Origin: Eledone cirrhosa
Taxonomy: Eukaryota
DNA: 64,000 nt
Direction: 5' to 3'
Assembly (NCBI GenBank): GCA_964016885.1
Contig: OZ024747.1
Span: forward strand, 52,824,001 to 52,888,000
Under the pieces are notes generated by a model. It did not search any database. It was not told where the DNA came from and saw only the letters and a list, made by a program, of their open reading frames with translations. Numbering within the stretch: the stretch's first letter is position 1; each line of letters opens with the position of its first letter. The position numbers were made by a program, and so were the translations under genes. This document shows, one piece after another, positions 38,576 through 51,698 of this stretch.

Positions 38576-39165
38576 TTGATGTCAGAATAAAATGCACCGT
38601 GTACACTCTGTATAATAGGCTGTCATCCAATAGAGTTCCCAAAGTTTCATGAGGACCCTTTAGTTTCTGTTGAGAACATAACAACCTTCCTAGTGTTAGT
38701 ATTATGATAAAATACACCCAGTACACTCTGTAAAATTGTTGTGTTGGTATCATGATAAAATACACCCAGCACACTCTATGAAGCAGTTGGCAATTAAACA
38801 CAGACAACGTAGGAACAAAAGGACCCATTAGTTTTGCCAAGGGCACAACAACCTCACTAGTGCTAGTATCATGATGAAATACACCCAGTACACTCTGTAA
38901 AGAGGCTGGTAATTAAACAGAAATAATTTGCAGTTGAGACAACCTTTTAGTCCTGTCAAAAATATAACAACCTCTATACCACCACTGGTGCCATGATAAA
39001 ATGCACCCAGTACACTCTGTAAAGTGGCTGACAATTGAACAGAGACAATCTAAAGGCAGGAGGAGCAGTTAATCTTGTCAAGAACATGAAATCTTCACTA
39101 GTATTGGTGCCACAATAAAATATACCCAATACACTCTTTAAAGTGACTGGCAAGTGAACAGAAAC
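38576..39165 (+). repeat. Old tandem amplification of a LINE/SINE tail segment
   Basis: ATAAAAT(A/G)CACCCAGTACACTCTGTAAA variants recur about 6 times at irregular spacing. Confidence 0.7.
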
Positions 39166-39179
39166 AATGTATCTTATAT

Positions 39180-40100
39180 ATTAATATATAAACCAATCCA
39201 AATATAAGCCCCAACCTCCCTCCACACACACATTGCCTGAGAAATTGGCAAAAATGTTAACTTCATGTATAAGCCAGGGCAGCTGATCAACCCATTAAGT
39301 TTGAATAGTAAATTCTCATGGAGAATATTTTTGTGAAGTATTAATACTTTGCTATTTAAGATATTTTAAAGTGTTATATAAAGTATGGATTTTGTTTCAT
39401 AACTCCATTACGTTATGATTTTTTTTACCATTTCATCTGTTCTATAGAGTTTCAACAAGTTTTTCAAATTTTTCTTTACTTCTTTTTAGCAAGTTTTATT
39501 TAATATACAAATCAAATGAAATACATGCCTTAAAAACTTGGAAACCATTCAACATCATATACGTCGAGCTATTTTTGTGAAGTTATTAAAGCTCTATATA
39601 GTGAACTTGGCACCCATATATTGTACAATAGGAAAATAAAAGCTTAAAATTTGAAGAACAATTAAAAACATAAATGTTTAATTCACATAGAAATAAAATT
39701 TTCTGCAAAAATGCTGTAGTAAAACATTGCTTCTAACATGTAGTAAAACAGTGCTTCGAACATGTAGCAAAACAGTGCTTCTAACATGTAGTAAAACAGT
39801 GCCTCTAACATGTAGTAAAACTGTACTGCTAACATGTAGTAAAACAGTGCTTCTAACACATAGTAAAACTGTACTTCTAACATGTAGTAAAACTGTACTT
39901 CTAACATGTAGTAAAACTGTACTTCTAACATTTAATAAAACAGTGTTTCATTGTAAAGCATTCACTTGAAACATTTTGTCTTGTTTTCATTGTAGAAGTT
40001 GAAATTGGTGAAAATCAAATAGATTCGCCTCTCCTACCCAATTTTGTCATCAAATTTTTGTCACATATTTCTCGACTTATACATGAATATATATATGGTA
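39180..40100. mobile_element. Possible decayed Tc1/pogo-like DNA transposon containing a 24-bp minisatellite (39715-39945)
   Basis: Right end TCGACTTATACATGAATATATATATGGTA and left subterminal TATAAGCC motifs; the left TIR is eroded. Confidence 0.4.
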
Positions 40101-41001
40101 ATGTCTAAGAAAGGCTTTGGTCTTGCCAAAAACACAACAACTTCACTAGTGGTGGCATCACAATAAAATGGACCCAGTACACTCTGTAAAGTAGTTGGCA
40201 TTAGGAAGGGCATCCAGCTGTAGAGACTATGCTAACACTGGAACATATGTAAGCAAGACACAGCTTAGTTGATGTAGGACAGTAGCACCAATTAAGTACT
40301 GACTTGGTCTGTAACAACATGGAACCCATGCCAGCATAGAAAATTGGATGTAAATTATTGATGATGATGATGATGATGACAATGATAATGATAATATACA
40401 TGTATCTATGGACCTAAGCATTTTAAACCTGGTTGCGCCCATCCCTATCCAGGTTTGAACACAGCTGATTTCTTCCAGAGAGAATGATAGAAAGGAATTG
40501 AGAAAGAGATATAGAAGAATGGACCTCAGTACTGGATTGAATCTAAAACTACAACCATTTGTCCAGGGATGGGCTACACCAGGTTTAAAATGCTTACACA
40601 TTGACTTAAGTAAGGATGAAAGCAAAGTAAAACTTGGCAGCATTTGAACCCAGAGTCAGAATAAATATTGCAAATTATTCTATCATTCTATCATTCTATC
40701 TAATGACTCTGCCAATTCTCAGCATTCATACTTATATACATTTATACAGGTACATATATGTGTATAAATAAGTTATAGATCAACCTTTTTACATTGTACA
40801 CTGAAGACGATAGATTCCCACCAAGCTATCAAGTACATTCCTTTAGTAATAATGTTTGTTTTATAACCAGGCATGGTAGAAATAGCATGAATTTTCAAAA
40901 CTAAATAAACAATGTATATATGACTGTTAGTATGTATGTTTGCTCTTCGTCATATACATAATACATAAATTATAAATACATGTGTATATATACATGTATA
41001 T

Positions 41002-41156
<155 letters not shown>

Positions 41157-41490
41157 TATAGTGTGTGCATGTGTGTATGTATATTATTTGAAATAAGCTA
41201 AGTTTGATTAAATCTTCAGCTACCATTGATTGCTGTTTAAATTTATTTTTCCAACCTTAAAAGCCTGGATCATGTGAATCATGTTTGATTAAGATTAATC
41301 TACAAAGTATTGAATAAAATAAATGTATTCATTATTATTTTTAGCATACTTTTACGTGCAGTAAATTGTGAGAAGCACTGGAGTGACATTCTAAAATGAC
41401 ATTTAGTAATTTAATTCTCTACATTGTTGGCTCAAATTCTAGCAGTGCTGCAAACTTTGGTAGGTTTTTGTATCCCTTTAGTTTTAATAA

Positions 41491-42090
41491 TTCAGATGAA
41501 GGATCTAAACCCGAAGTACTTGCCAGATCTGACCAGACCACAGCAGCAATTACAAAACTGAAGACCATGTGAAATGACAAAAAATATAGCCCTCAGCTCA
41601 AAGATCAGACTGATGCGCTCTCTGGTCATGTCTATATTCTTGTATGCCTGTGAGTCTTAGACAATAACAGCAGATCTGGAGAGAAGAATACAGGCTATGG
41701 AGATGAGATGTTTCAGAAGCAACTTGGCATCACCTACAGAGACTGGATCACCAATGAGGAGGTGTGAAACAGAATTTTGCAGGCCATTGGGCCCTATGAA
41801 GGTCTGATGACCATTGTATAAAAAAAAAAAACGCAAATTGAAACGGTACGGGCACATGACAAGATTTTCAGGGCTTGCCAAGACTGTCCTGCAGGGAACA
41901 GTACAAGGAGGAAGGAAGAGAGGCAGATAGAGAAAGAGATGGGAGGACAACATCCCAGAGTAGGCAGGCTTGAGGCTGGATGCAACCTTGGAGAGGGTGG
42001 AGAGACAAGAGGAATGGAAGGAGCTGGTTGCCAGGTCATCTGTGGTGTCCCAACGGTCCACCAGACTATGGGACAGATGAGATGAGAGAG
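41491..42090 (+). pseudogene. 5'-truncated RTE-clade LINE C-terminal fragment
   Basis: SDEGSKPEVLAR..KIRLMRSLVMSIFLYACES*TITADLERRIQAMEMRCFR..GGRKRGR*RKRWEDNI; short (GATGA) tail. Confidence 0.9.
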
Positions 42091-42582
42091 TTTTAATAAA
42101 GTGATTACCAGTAATATACTGAAGTCATTTACATCATTGTGTTTGTCTCCATTTTTCTATATTGGTATGCTACAAGTCTTTTTAAGGCAGTATTCTATGG
42201 CTGGATATTCTTGCTAATGTCACCCATTATTTTATTTTTTAAGGTACTTATTCCACTCAATTACACCCGAGGAACTGCTAAGCTACAGGACATAATTAAA
42301 ATTGCATCATGAAATAAAACCAGCAAATCTTCTTTACGTGCTTTCTTAAAAGTCATTATATTTCATAACTTATATTGTTATAGATTTTTCTAGTTTTATA
42401 AGAAACATTTCAAGGAAACTATTTTTTAATTCTACCTTAAAATATAGGTCAGATTCTAGAATGTTGAGAAACAGCTGTGGCAAAATGGAAAAAAATTAAC
42501 TTTAACAAATATACAAATAGTACTAATTAAGTTTTTAAACCTGAACTTAATCTATTTTAGATATTGTTTCTCTTTTAGTTTA

Positions 42583-43256
42583 TATGTTGTTGTTGTTGTT
42601 GTTGTTGTTTCTGTTATTATTGTTGATTTTGTTTTAGAGGTGAGTAACCAATTTGCTGGTGGTAGTGGTGGTGGTGGTAGTGTTGTTGTTGTTGGCAGTG
42701 TTGTTGTTGGTGGTAGTGTTGTTGCTGTTGTTGTTGGTGGTAGTGTTGTTGTTGGTGGTGGTAGTAGTGTTGTTGTTGTTGTTGTTGGTGGTGGTAGTGT
42801 TGTTGCTGTTGTTGTTGGTGGTAGTGTTGTTGTTGGTGGTGGTAGTAGTGCTGTTGTTGTTAGTGGTGGTGGTAGTGCTGTTAATGGTGGTAGTAGTGTT
42901 GTTGTTGTTGTTGGTGGTGGTGGTAGTGCTGTTAATGGTGGTAGTAGTGTTGTTGTTGTTGTTGGTGGTGGTGGTAGTGTTGTTGCTGGTGGTGGTAGTG
43001 TTGTTGTTGTTGGTGGTGGTGGTAGTGTTGTTGCTGGTGGTGGTAGTGTTGTTGTTGTTGTTGGCAGTGTTGTTGTTGTTGGTGGTAGTGTTGTTGCTGT
43101 TGTTGTTGGTGGTGGTAGTAGTGCTGTTGTTGTTGTTGGTGGTGGTGGTAGTGTTGTTGTTGTTGGTTGTAGTGTTGTTGTTGGTGGTGGTAGTGTTGTT
43201 GCTGTTGTTGGTGGTAGTGTTGTTGTTGGTGGTGGTAGTAGTGTTGTTGTTGTTGT
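42583..43256. repeat. (GTT)n/(GGT)n compound repeat
   Basis: Read directly. Confidence 0.95.
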
Positions 43257-43454
43257 ACCGATACTGCCAATCCACCGTCCTCCAATAATAATAATAATAA
43301 TTGTTTCTACTTTTAGCACAAGGCCAGCAATTATCCCAGTACATTACTGGTACTTTATTTTATTGACCCCAGAAGGACCCCACAGTTATGTACCCCATAC
43401 TCCCAAATATAATAACTTCAACTTAAGCTGCTAAATCTTCTTGATACTTCTTGC

Positions 43455-43558
43455 TCTGACCCCACTTACAAAATTACTCAGCCAGCCCCTTCCACTACAG
43501 TCAATACTCACTGTCGAGTGGAAAATGCTGGCTGCGTAATTTTCTTAGTGGGGTCAGA
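43455..43558. other. Isolated imperfect hairpin of about 46 bp (pre-miRNA-like or decayed MITE)
   Basis: TCTGACCCCACT..CAGCCAGC..TTCCACT-ACAG-loop(10)-CTGT-CG-AGTGGAA..GCTGGCTG..AGTGGGGTCAGA. Confidence 0.6.
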
Positions 43559-44687
43559 TTGTTTGTTTGTTTTTCTTTTCCTTTCCTGAGACATTCTAAC
43601 CACATGCCCTCGACAGATTTTATGGGCAAAACCAACCGGCAGGAGACCCAGGGATAGACCCCAAGCAAGATAGTTAGATAACATCCATGAACTTGGCTGG
43701 TCTTGCTTGGGAATACAGCCAGATCAGTTGGAAAGGGTTGTTTCTGACAGGACCCGCTGGATGGAGTGTTGGAGGACTCTTCCTCCACGACCCAGAATAA
43801 GTGGGAGAAGAAGAAGAAGAAGGTGGTGGTGGTGGTGGTGGTGGTGGTGGTGGTGGTGGTGATGATAATGATGATGGTGGTGGTGTTGGTGGTGTTGGTG
43901 GTGGTGGTGGTGGTGATGGTGGTGGTGGTGGTGGTGGTGATAATGATGGTGGCAGTGGAGGGTCAGATAGTATTAGAGTTAAAGTTGTTCTGTTCTTTTA
44001 AAAAAATGACTTACTAATGTGGTATGATGTGGTAGAGGATATTAAGAATTAATACACAGCATCTAACATTCACACCGTGTTTGTAGATTGTTCTTTTCAA
44101 CTATGCCAGCATCACAGAGAAGCCAGGTAGTACCTGTAATAAACCCCATTCTTAGATAAGGATAGGTATGTTTAACCATGTATGAGACATCCACAACAAC
44201 AACACTGAGGGTTGTGTGACTGTAGGGATATCTAACCTGGACAGATTGAATGAATGGTTAAATGAATGATATGCTTTTGTAGTACTGTCTGTGGAGCACA
44301 GCCCGATTACTGCACTCTAGGCCCAGAGCCCAATCACCCTCACCCTTCCACTCTCCCCATTCTTTTGTGACACTAGAGCTTTTGAATTTCCATTCCTTTT
44401 CTGTTTTTTTTAAATATTTTTGTATTTTACATTCCATTCTTTCTTTTCAATCTATTTTTTTTTTCTTTTTCTATTAAATTGTATTTACATGATATATTAA
44501 TTCAATTGTAAATAAAAATGTCTTGATTAAACAGTTGACTGTAGACAGTGTAAAACAAGAAAATGAATCTAACAATTGATTTGACCAATTTCTCTCACTA
44601 TATATAGTTTTATAAATGTTAAGTCAGTGCCATCTTTTCTCCTGTCTCTTAACAGGGACATTAGAAAACTGTTAATCTCTACTAGGG

Positions 44688-44726
44688 TATTGAGTACTCA
44701 TTTTGGCAACCATCAATACTAAATAA

Positions 44727-44807
<81 letters not shown>

Positions 44808-44964
44808 TATTTGATATATCTCATATGAGCCAATTTTCCACACAATACAATTAGTTAGCACCCGAACGTTTAATTAGGAATATACTCAGGTATGTTGAGT
44901 GAGTTGGAATTTGGCCGGAGTATCGCTATTAGCTTTCTCCAATTATGTATTTATATATATATAT

Positions 44965-45002
<38 letters not shown>

Positions 45003-45057
45003 CGATAGAGAGAGAGATCCATTTAGTATTGATGGTTGCCAAAATGAGTGATCAATA
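44688..45057. repeat. Inverted repeat whose arms include (CT)n/(AG)n and (TA)n, with an unrelated insert of about 140 bp at the centre
   Basis: TATTGAGTACTCATTTTGGCAACCATCAATACTAAAT versus ATTTAGTATTGATGGTTGCCAAAATGAGTGATCAATA. Confidence 0.85.
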
Positions 45058-45091
45058 CTATAGAAGAGATTGTCACAAGACAAACCACAAC

Positions 45092-45252
45092 AGAAACACA
45101 AACCCTCCATCTCAATCTTACTTTTGAAAATCATAAGAACTGTGAAACCAGCAAAGTAAATAAATATTCTTAAAAGACTTTAGTTGCATTTTCAATTTCT
45201 TTTCTTTATATTTTTATCCTTATGGAACATTTAAAGAAACCTTACTTTCTTA
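45092..45252 (+). mobile_element. Penelope-like terminal fragment with degenerate hammerhead (45118-45159)
   Basis: TTACTT-TTGAAAA-TCATAAGAACTGT-GAAA-CCAG-CA-AAGTAA; ends in (TA)n; homologue at 4398-4583. Confidence 0.6.
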
Positions 45253-45453
45253 TATATATAAGAATGGGTTTTTTAAGGTGATCAGAAAGAAACCATAGAG
45301 TTAAATAAAGTACTCAATACATTAGTAGAGAAAAATGCATAGTTATTTCATATAGAAATGACTCCTACAAGACAAGAACTATTTCATTCATTTGACATCA
45401 TCTTTCACTGGAATAAAACCGTTTTAATTTTGTGGAAGTACATATATATATAT

Positions 45454-45851
45454 AAATTATCTCCTGTGATTATTCATGTTTATATATATGGTAATCAATT
45501 TCTAGTTATTATAAAATGCTCGGACCTATCTTTGAGCTTATTTTCCGGGCGATATGGCGCACACCGTTATGGCATGACACCCACAATTTCGATTTAGATT
45601 AAATTCATTTAATTTATCTTAATTTTGGATATATATATATCTATATCCAAAATTAATATAATCAAAATTATGGGTGTCATTCCAGAAAGACATGCGCCAT
45701 ATCACCCGCAAAATAAGCTCTAAGATTCTAACGAATAGGTCCGAGCAAGAGTTAGTTACCTACCTAGCTATGTGTGCTTACACACTTGTAAAAATTATCT
45801 CCTGTGATTATTCATGTTTATTTATATGTTAATAAATTTCTAGTTATTATA
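45454..45851. mobile_element. Fold-back (45517-45747) bracketed by 60-bp direct repeats (45454-45513 and 45792-45851) in (TA)n
   Basis: TGCTCGGACCTAT...ATAGGTCCGAGCA; repeat AAATTATCTCCTGTGATTATTCATGTTTAT...TTTCTAGTTATTATA. Confidence 0.85.
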
Positions 45852-46337
45852 TATATATATATATATATAAGATAATAAGGGCGCTGCGGAGTTGCAAATA
45901 GGTTACATATGAAAAAAGTTTGTCCTTCATCAGTGATCTTCCAACCATCATAGGCATTTCATCGTTTACACACACACACCGCTACATGCACCGATTGTGC
46001 ATTGTTAAATAATAAATGCAGACATTGGATGTTGTGCACTCTTTAAGTATGGTCGAAACTCGAGTATGGGTTTAGATTGGAGGTACTCATTTGCATGTGT
46101 TGTATTGAAGCAAATAACTATGTGTCTACTCTGGAATTCTACATAACATTACCTATTGAGTATGCTGAGATGCAACCAGTCCTAGCAGTGAAACTCATGC
46201 TAGTCCCTGTCAACTTATTATATACATATATATATATATGTGTGTGTGAGTGTGTGTGTGTTTAGTAAAATATTAGTGGATGTAAAAATGGAACAGAGTG
46301 TTCAATGAGGAATGAGAGCTGACATATCAGTTATGGT

Positions 46338-46568
46338 TTAACCCTTTAGCATTTAAACTGGCTATATCTGACCGAAACTCTCTCATCTCTTTCTGTTTAA
46401 ACCGGCCATAACAGGCCACTCCTAGTGATGTTAAGGTATTGTTTTCTCCAAATAAATAATATCAAAATCTCATAGATTTGATATTATGTGAGATAATTAT
46501 ATGAGGTAAAGACTTTAGTATGAAATTACAATAGTATATATAGAGTAATGTAAATGCTAAAGGGTTAA
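46338..46568. mobile_element. piggyBac-like MITE
   Basis: TTAA-CCCTTTAGCATTTA ... TAAATGCTAAAGGG-TTAA. Confidence 0.85.
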
Positions 46569-46672
46569 ATTTTATATTTATGTCAAATGGAAGTAGAAAT
46601 AACATATGGTAAGGGGGAAAGAGCAATGGGTTGTCAACCCCTTCCTTTATTCAAACTATTGTTTAAGATAAT

Positions 46673-46834
46673 TGTTTCTACTTTTGGCACAAGGCCAGTA
46701 ATAACCCAGTGCATTACTGGTACTTTATTTTATCGACCCCGTAAGGATGAAAGGCAAAGTTAACCTCGGCGGGATTTGAACTCAGAATGGCAAGGGCCGT
46801 AACTCTATGCGTCAAAGCATGGCGTCCAACCTTG
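46673..46834 (-). mobile_element. SINE family B, 5'-truncated, 16-bp TSD
   Basis: TATTGTTTAAGATAAT at 46657-46672 and 46835-46850. Confidence 0.9.
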
Positions 46835-47502
46835 TATTGTTTAAGATAATGACCCCTCACACAACCACAGTTCTAGGTATATTAACACTGACAGTTCAAC
46901 TTTAGTTTAGACTATGATGTGAGAACTTTAAATTTGATGATAAATAAACAAATATTATGAAAATGATGGCAGTGATGTTGTTGTTTTTGGTGGGGGTGGT
47001 AATGGTTGTTGTTGTGGTGGTGGTCATAATAGGGTGGTAGTTTTTGTGATAGGGTGTTGGTGATAGTGGTAGTGGTGGTTAGGAATGTTGAAACGCCGGA
47101 GCTCAGCCGTCGGGGTCCTGACTTTTTACCTATTACCCACTATACTACCTAAGTATTGAGTACTCTAGTGCGTTATGGTCCACCTGGTTCCTTACCACTC
47201 TTTCTCTGTTATATATATATATATCATCATCATCATAGTTCAATTGCTATTTTCCCTGTTTGCATGTGTTAGCCTGTTGTCACATGCTAAGGCCTGATTG
47301 ATCAGGTGACTAAGTCCCCTCTTATATGCTTTGTTTTGGCTTGGTTTCTATGGCTGAATGCCATTCCAAATGCCAACCATTTTACATTATCTATGGCTGG
47401 ATGCCCTTTCTAACACCAACCACTTTAGAGCTTGTACTGGGAGCATTTTATTATGATGCCAGTACTTCCACTTTTATGTGGTGGACTGAATGTTTTTCAT
47501 CA

Positions 47503-47889
47503 TGGCACCAGCACTACCAACTTACAGGGTGAACTGGGTGCTTTTGTTATGGCACCAGCACTACCAGCTTACAGGGTGAACTGGGTGCTTTTGTTGTGAC
47601 ACCAGCACTACCAGCTTACAAGGTAAACTGGGTGCTTTTGTTGTGGCACCAACACTACCAGCTTACAAGGTAAACTGGGTGCTTTTGTTGTGGCACCAGC
47701 ACTACCAGCTTACAAGGTAAACTGGGTGCTTTTGTTGTGACACCAGCACTACCAGCTTACAAGGTAAACTGGGTGCTTTTGTTGTGACACCAGCACTACC
47801 AGCTTACAAGGTAAACTGGGTGCTTTTGTTGTGGCACCAGCACTACCAGCTTACAAGGTAAACTGGGTACTTTTGTTGTGGCACCAGCA
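47503..47889. repeat. 47-bp minisatellite derived from a SINE/LINE tail segment, about 8 copies
   Basis: Unit CTGGGTGCTTTTGTTGTGGCACCAGCACTACCAGCTTACAAGGTAAA, continuous with the decayed tail at 47225-47500. Confidence 0.9.
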
Positions 47890-48086
47890 TTATCTCAGGA
47901 GGCATTATGGAGATTGAAGTTGAGGTACAGACATTACATAACTGGAGTCAGCGTCATGGTGATGGTGTCTGACATATTGTAGGGTGTGCCTAGTTTAGAG
48001 ATAGGACAGTCAAAGTGTGGAGATAGGAGCCATAGTACAGAGAAATGACAGTCATAGTTGAAAGATGGGACAGTCATAACTAAATA

Positions 48087-48868
48087 TAATTGTTTCTACT
48101 TTAGGCACAAGGCCAGCAATTATTCCAGTGTATTACTGGTACCTTATTTTATCGACCCCGCAAGGATGAAAGGCAAAGTTAACCTTGGCGGGATTTGAAC
48201 TCAGATCATAAAGGGACGTAACTCTATGCTTCAAAGCATGGTAATGATCAAATGACAGAATCTACCATCGTTATGTCAAAACCAAATTATACAGACTGAA
48301 AATTGGCAACCAGGATTTTCAGTGATAAATCTTAAAAACAGTCTTAATTAAAAGATAAGAGAGTCATAATAAGAAGCACTGAACAGATGATGAAATTTCA
48401 CCCAAAATATAAAACAGACCCCCAAAACCAAAACTCTCACCCCCATCCGTTGTTTCAACATCAAAGGGGAACCAACAGCAACAATAAAAATGTTTTTACT
48501 TTTGGCACAAGGCCAGCAATACCCCCAATGCATTACTGGTGCTTTATTTTATCAACCCTGTAAGGATGAAAGGCAAAGATAACCTTGGCAGGATTTGAAC
48601 TCAGAACGCAAAGGGCCATAACTCTATGCTACAAAGCATGGTTTCTGATGCTCTACCAATACTGCCAAACCACCACCAAAAAGCAATAATAATAATTGTT
48701 TCTACTTTAGGCACAAGGCCAGCAATTATCCAGTGCATTACTGGTACTTTATTTTATCGACCCCGTAAGGATGAAAGGCAAAGTCAACCTCGGCGGGATT
48801 TGAACTCAGATCATAAAGGGACGTAACTATGCTGGAAAGCATGGCATCCGACTCTCTACCGATACTGT
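48087..48868 (-). mobile_element. Cluster of three SINE family B copies (48087-48241, 48490-48678, 48692-48868)
   Basis: Each carries TGTTT.TACTTT.GGCACAAGGCCAGCAAT..AAGGATGAAAGGCAAAG..GGATTTGAACTCAGA. Confidence 0.9.
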
Positions 48869-49599
48869 GGCCACAAGGGCCAACACATAGGGGACAATAC
48901 AAAAGACAGGGACAGTGGGGGTTTACATATAACAACGGGTAAACAATATAAATAACAATAAGAAAATAACAAATTACATTCCCTAATTTGGGGAATAACC
49001 ACCCAGATGTGACTCAGGTACCCCACGAACCCAGAACCACCCAACATTTCAGGGCACCTGAGAAGGGCACCCTTCTCCTCCTCAAATTAACCAGCCTGCA
49101 GGTGTATGCTGAGAGTGAGCCTATTTACACAGGCCATTCTCGCTACATTCACCCACCTTTTAGCAAATGTACTGGGGCAGCACTTCTCTCTCCACTCTCA
49201 TCATCCTTTCCAAGTAAAACTTGAAAAAGTAGATGAGGGAGTCGGTGAAGAGAAAAGTGTCTGTCTTCTTTCTGATTTAGGCACCTGGTGCAATTTTGGA
49301 GGAGGGGAAAGTCGATTAAATCAACCCCATTGTGCTACTGGTACTTTATTTTATCAACCCCATAAGGATGAAAGACTGTAATTCTTCACATAAAAGCAAA
49401 TGTACAAAATATGAAATAGTGAAGTACAACTTGATAAAATGACTACATAATATATAGTTACTAATATGTCAATGTACTATACAATATATAGTTACTAATA
49501 TGTCAATGTACTATACAATACATAGTTACTCATATATATATACAATGTACTATACAAGATGTAGTTACTAATAGAAACAATACATTGATTACTTAATAT

Positions 49600-50180
49600 A
49601 TTGACTGTTTAATACATTAACTAGTTATATTGACTACTTATTACACTGACTTCTAAATATATTGACTACTTAATACACTGACTACTAAATACATTGACAA
49701 CTTTCGAGATTGACTACTTAATACACTGACAATTTACCAGATTGACTACTTAATACATTGACTGCTTAATACATTGTCTACTAAATATATTGACTACCTA
49801 ATACACTGACTATTTAATACATTGGCTACTTAATACATTGGCTACTTAATACATTGGCTACTTAATACACTGACTACTTAATACACTGACTACTTAATAC
49901 ATTGACTACTAAATACATTGGCTACTTAACACATTGACAACTTAATATATTGGCTACTTAATACATTGGCTACTTAACACATTGGCAACTTAATATATTG
50001 GCTACTTAATACATTGGCTACTTAATATATTGACAACTTAATAGATTGACTAATACATTAACTAATAATATTGACTACTTAATACCTTGACTACTCCATA
50101 TATTGGCTACTTAATATATTGACTACTTATTACATTGACTGTTTAATATATTGACTACTTATTACATTGACATTTTCATA
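49600..50180. repeat. 16-bp degenerate minisatellite
   Basis: TAATACATTG(G/A)CTACT repeated. Confidence 0.9.
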
Positions 50181-50891
50181 CATCGATGACTTTAAGAAAT
50201 TAATACTTAATACTCTGAAAGTTTTCAAATAGAGACAATGTACAAATTATAAAACAGTGAAACTGTGTACTATCATACTACTATTGATATATACTGTACT
50301 AAATAGTATTGAACACCTACAGTAATATATAGTAACTGTAGTTCTGTAGATGTAGTGAAATATTTAGTACATGTAGATTTAGTGTTGTACTTAATACCTG
50401 CAGTAATTAATACATGTGCTACATAGTTTCTGTAGATGGAAAATAGTTCTTAGTATCTGTAGGTGTAGAGTAGGACTTAGTATTTATAGATTTAGAGTAG
50501 TGTTTAGTATATGTAGATGTTGAATAGTACTTTGTATCTGTAAATATAGAATATTTGTGTAGATATATGTAGATAGAAAGTAGCATTTAATGTATAAATA
50601 TAGAGTAGTGTTTAGTTCTTAGTATCTGTAGATAGAGAGTAGTGTTTATATGTATAGATATAGAGTGCTACTTAATATGTGTAAATATAGAGCAGCCTAT
50701 AGATATAGAGTATTATCTAATGTGTAGATATAGGAGAAATGTTTAATGTGTGGATATAAAGTAGTGCTTAATGTATGTAGATGTAAAATAGCAGTTGATA
50801 TCTATAGATATACAGTAGTTGTTGTTGATTGTGTAGTGATGTTCAATATATGAAGATTATAGAGAAGGTAAAATAAAATGTTACTTCCTAC

Positions 50892-51401
50892 CTATAGAAG
50901 TTTTCCTGCCGACTTCTTCCTGGAGTGAACAGTATCCATAGATTTGATACAATAATCTGAGTCCTCATGTAATATTTACAATCCTTGTAATGTAACCTTT
51001 TTAAAGGGAACAGTTGATACTAGAATCTTGGGGGTCCTTCATGTGGTATTTACAATCCTTATATTGTCACACTGTACAGGTATAATCTGGGAACTTATTC
51101 CTAGTATTGTCACCTTTTAACAAAGGTAACCCTGGGATATTATGTAAACCACATTCCTTCTAGAGTCAAATTTAAGGGACAAACTTGAAGTATTAAACTA
51201 GAGCCTCATAAAACATTGACATTCTTAGAACTGTCTGTCCCCTTTTTACAGTATGAAGGTAAAATAATGGATCCTTGTATTTTTTGATTTTAACTTATAT
51301 AATTTTTTCTTAAAACTTTGTTTGCTTTTTGCTGTTATCTTTTTTCTTCTTTCTTTTCCTCTTTCCTGAGTTTTATTTATAGTTCTCTATTGTTTTCACA
51401 C
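50892..51401 (-). other. Possible host exon (mostly UTR)
   Basis: Strong acceptor TTCTTTGTCTTTTATTTCCAG before 51401, donor AG|GTAGGA after 50892, largely non-repetitive sequence between. Confidence 0.3.
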
Positions 51402-51698
51402 CTGGAAATAAAAGACAAAGAATTGTTATTGTTGTTGTTGCTGTTGTTATTGTTGTTATTCAGATTTATTGTTGTTGTTGGTGTTGTTATTGTTGTTGTT
51501 GGTGTTGTTGGTATTTTTCCTAAATTAACTGGAGATTGGTTTCACGTTAATTAATCATATTATTATAATTTTGGCTGAAATTCAAATTAAATACACACAG
51601 ACACACACGCATATACACATGCTCAGACACACATAGATACACTCAGACACACATACACACATACACACATACATTATAGATAAGTATATATAATTAAT

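Noticed and set aside
40793-40838. CTGAAGA-CGATAG..CTATC with TGTAC/GTACA flanks
   Set aside because: GAAA and stem III are missing; cannot be distinguished from chance or a heavily deleted relic.
41493-41520. CAGATGAAGGATCTAAACCCGAAG resembling a hammerhead core
   Set aside because: It is RTE coding sequence (SDEGSKPE).
44087-44126. Possible small plus-strand exon (IVLFNYASITEKP)
   Set aside because: Weak splice signals and no recognisable protein.
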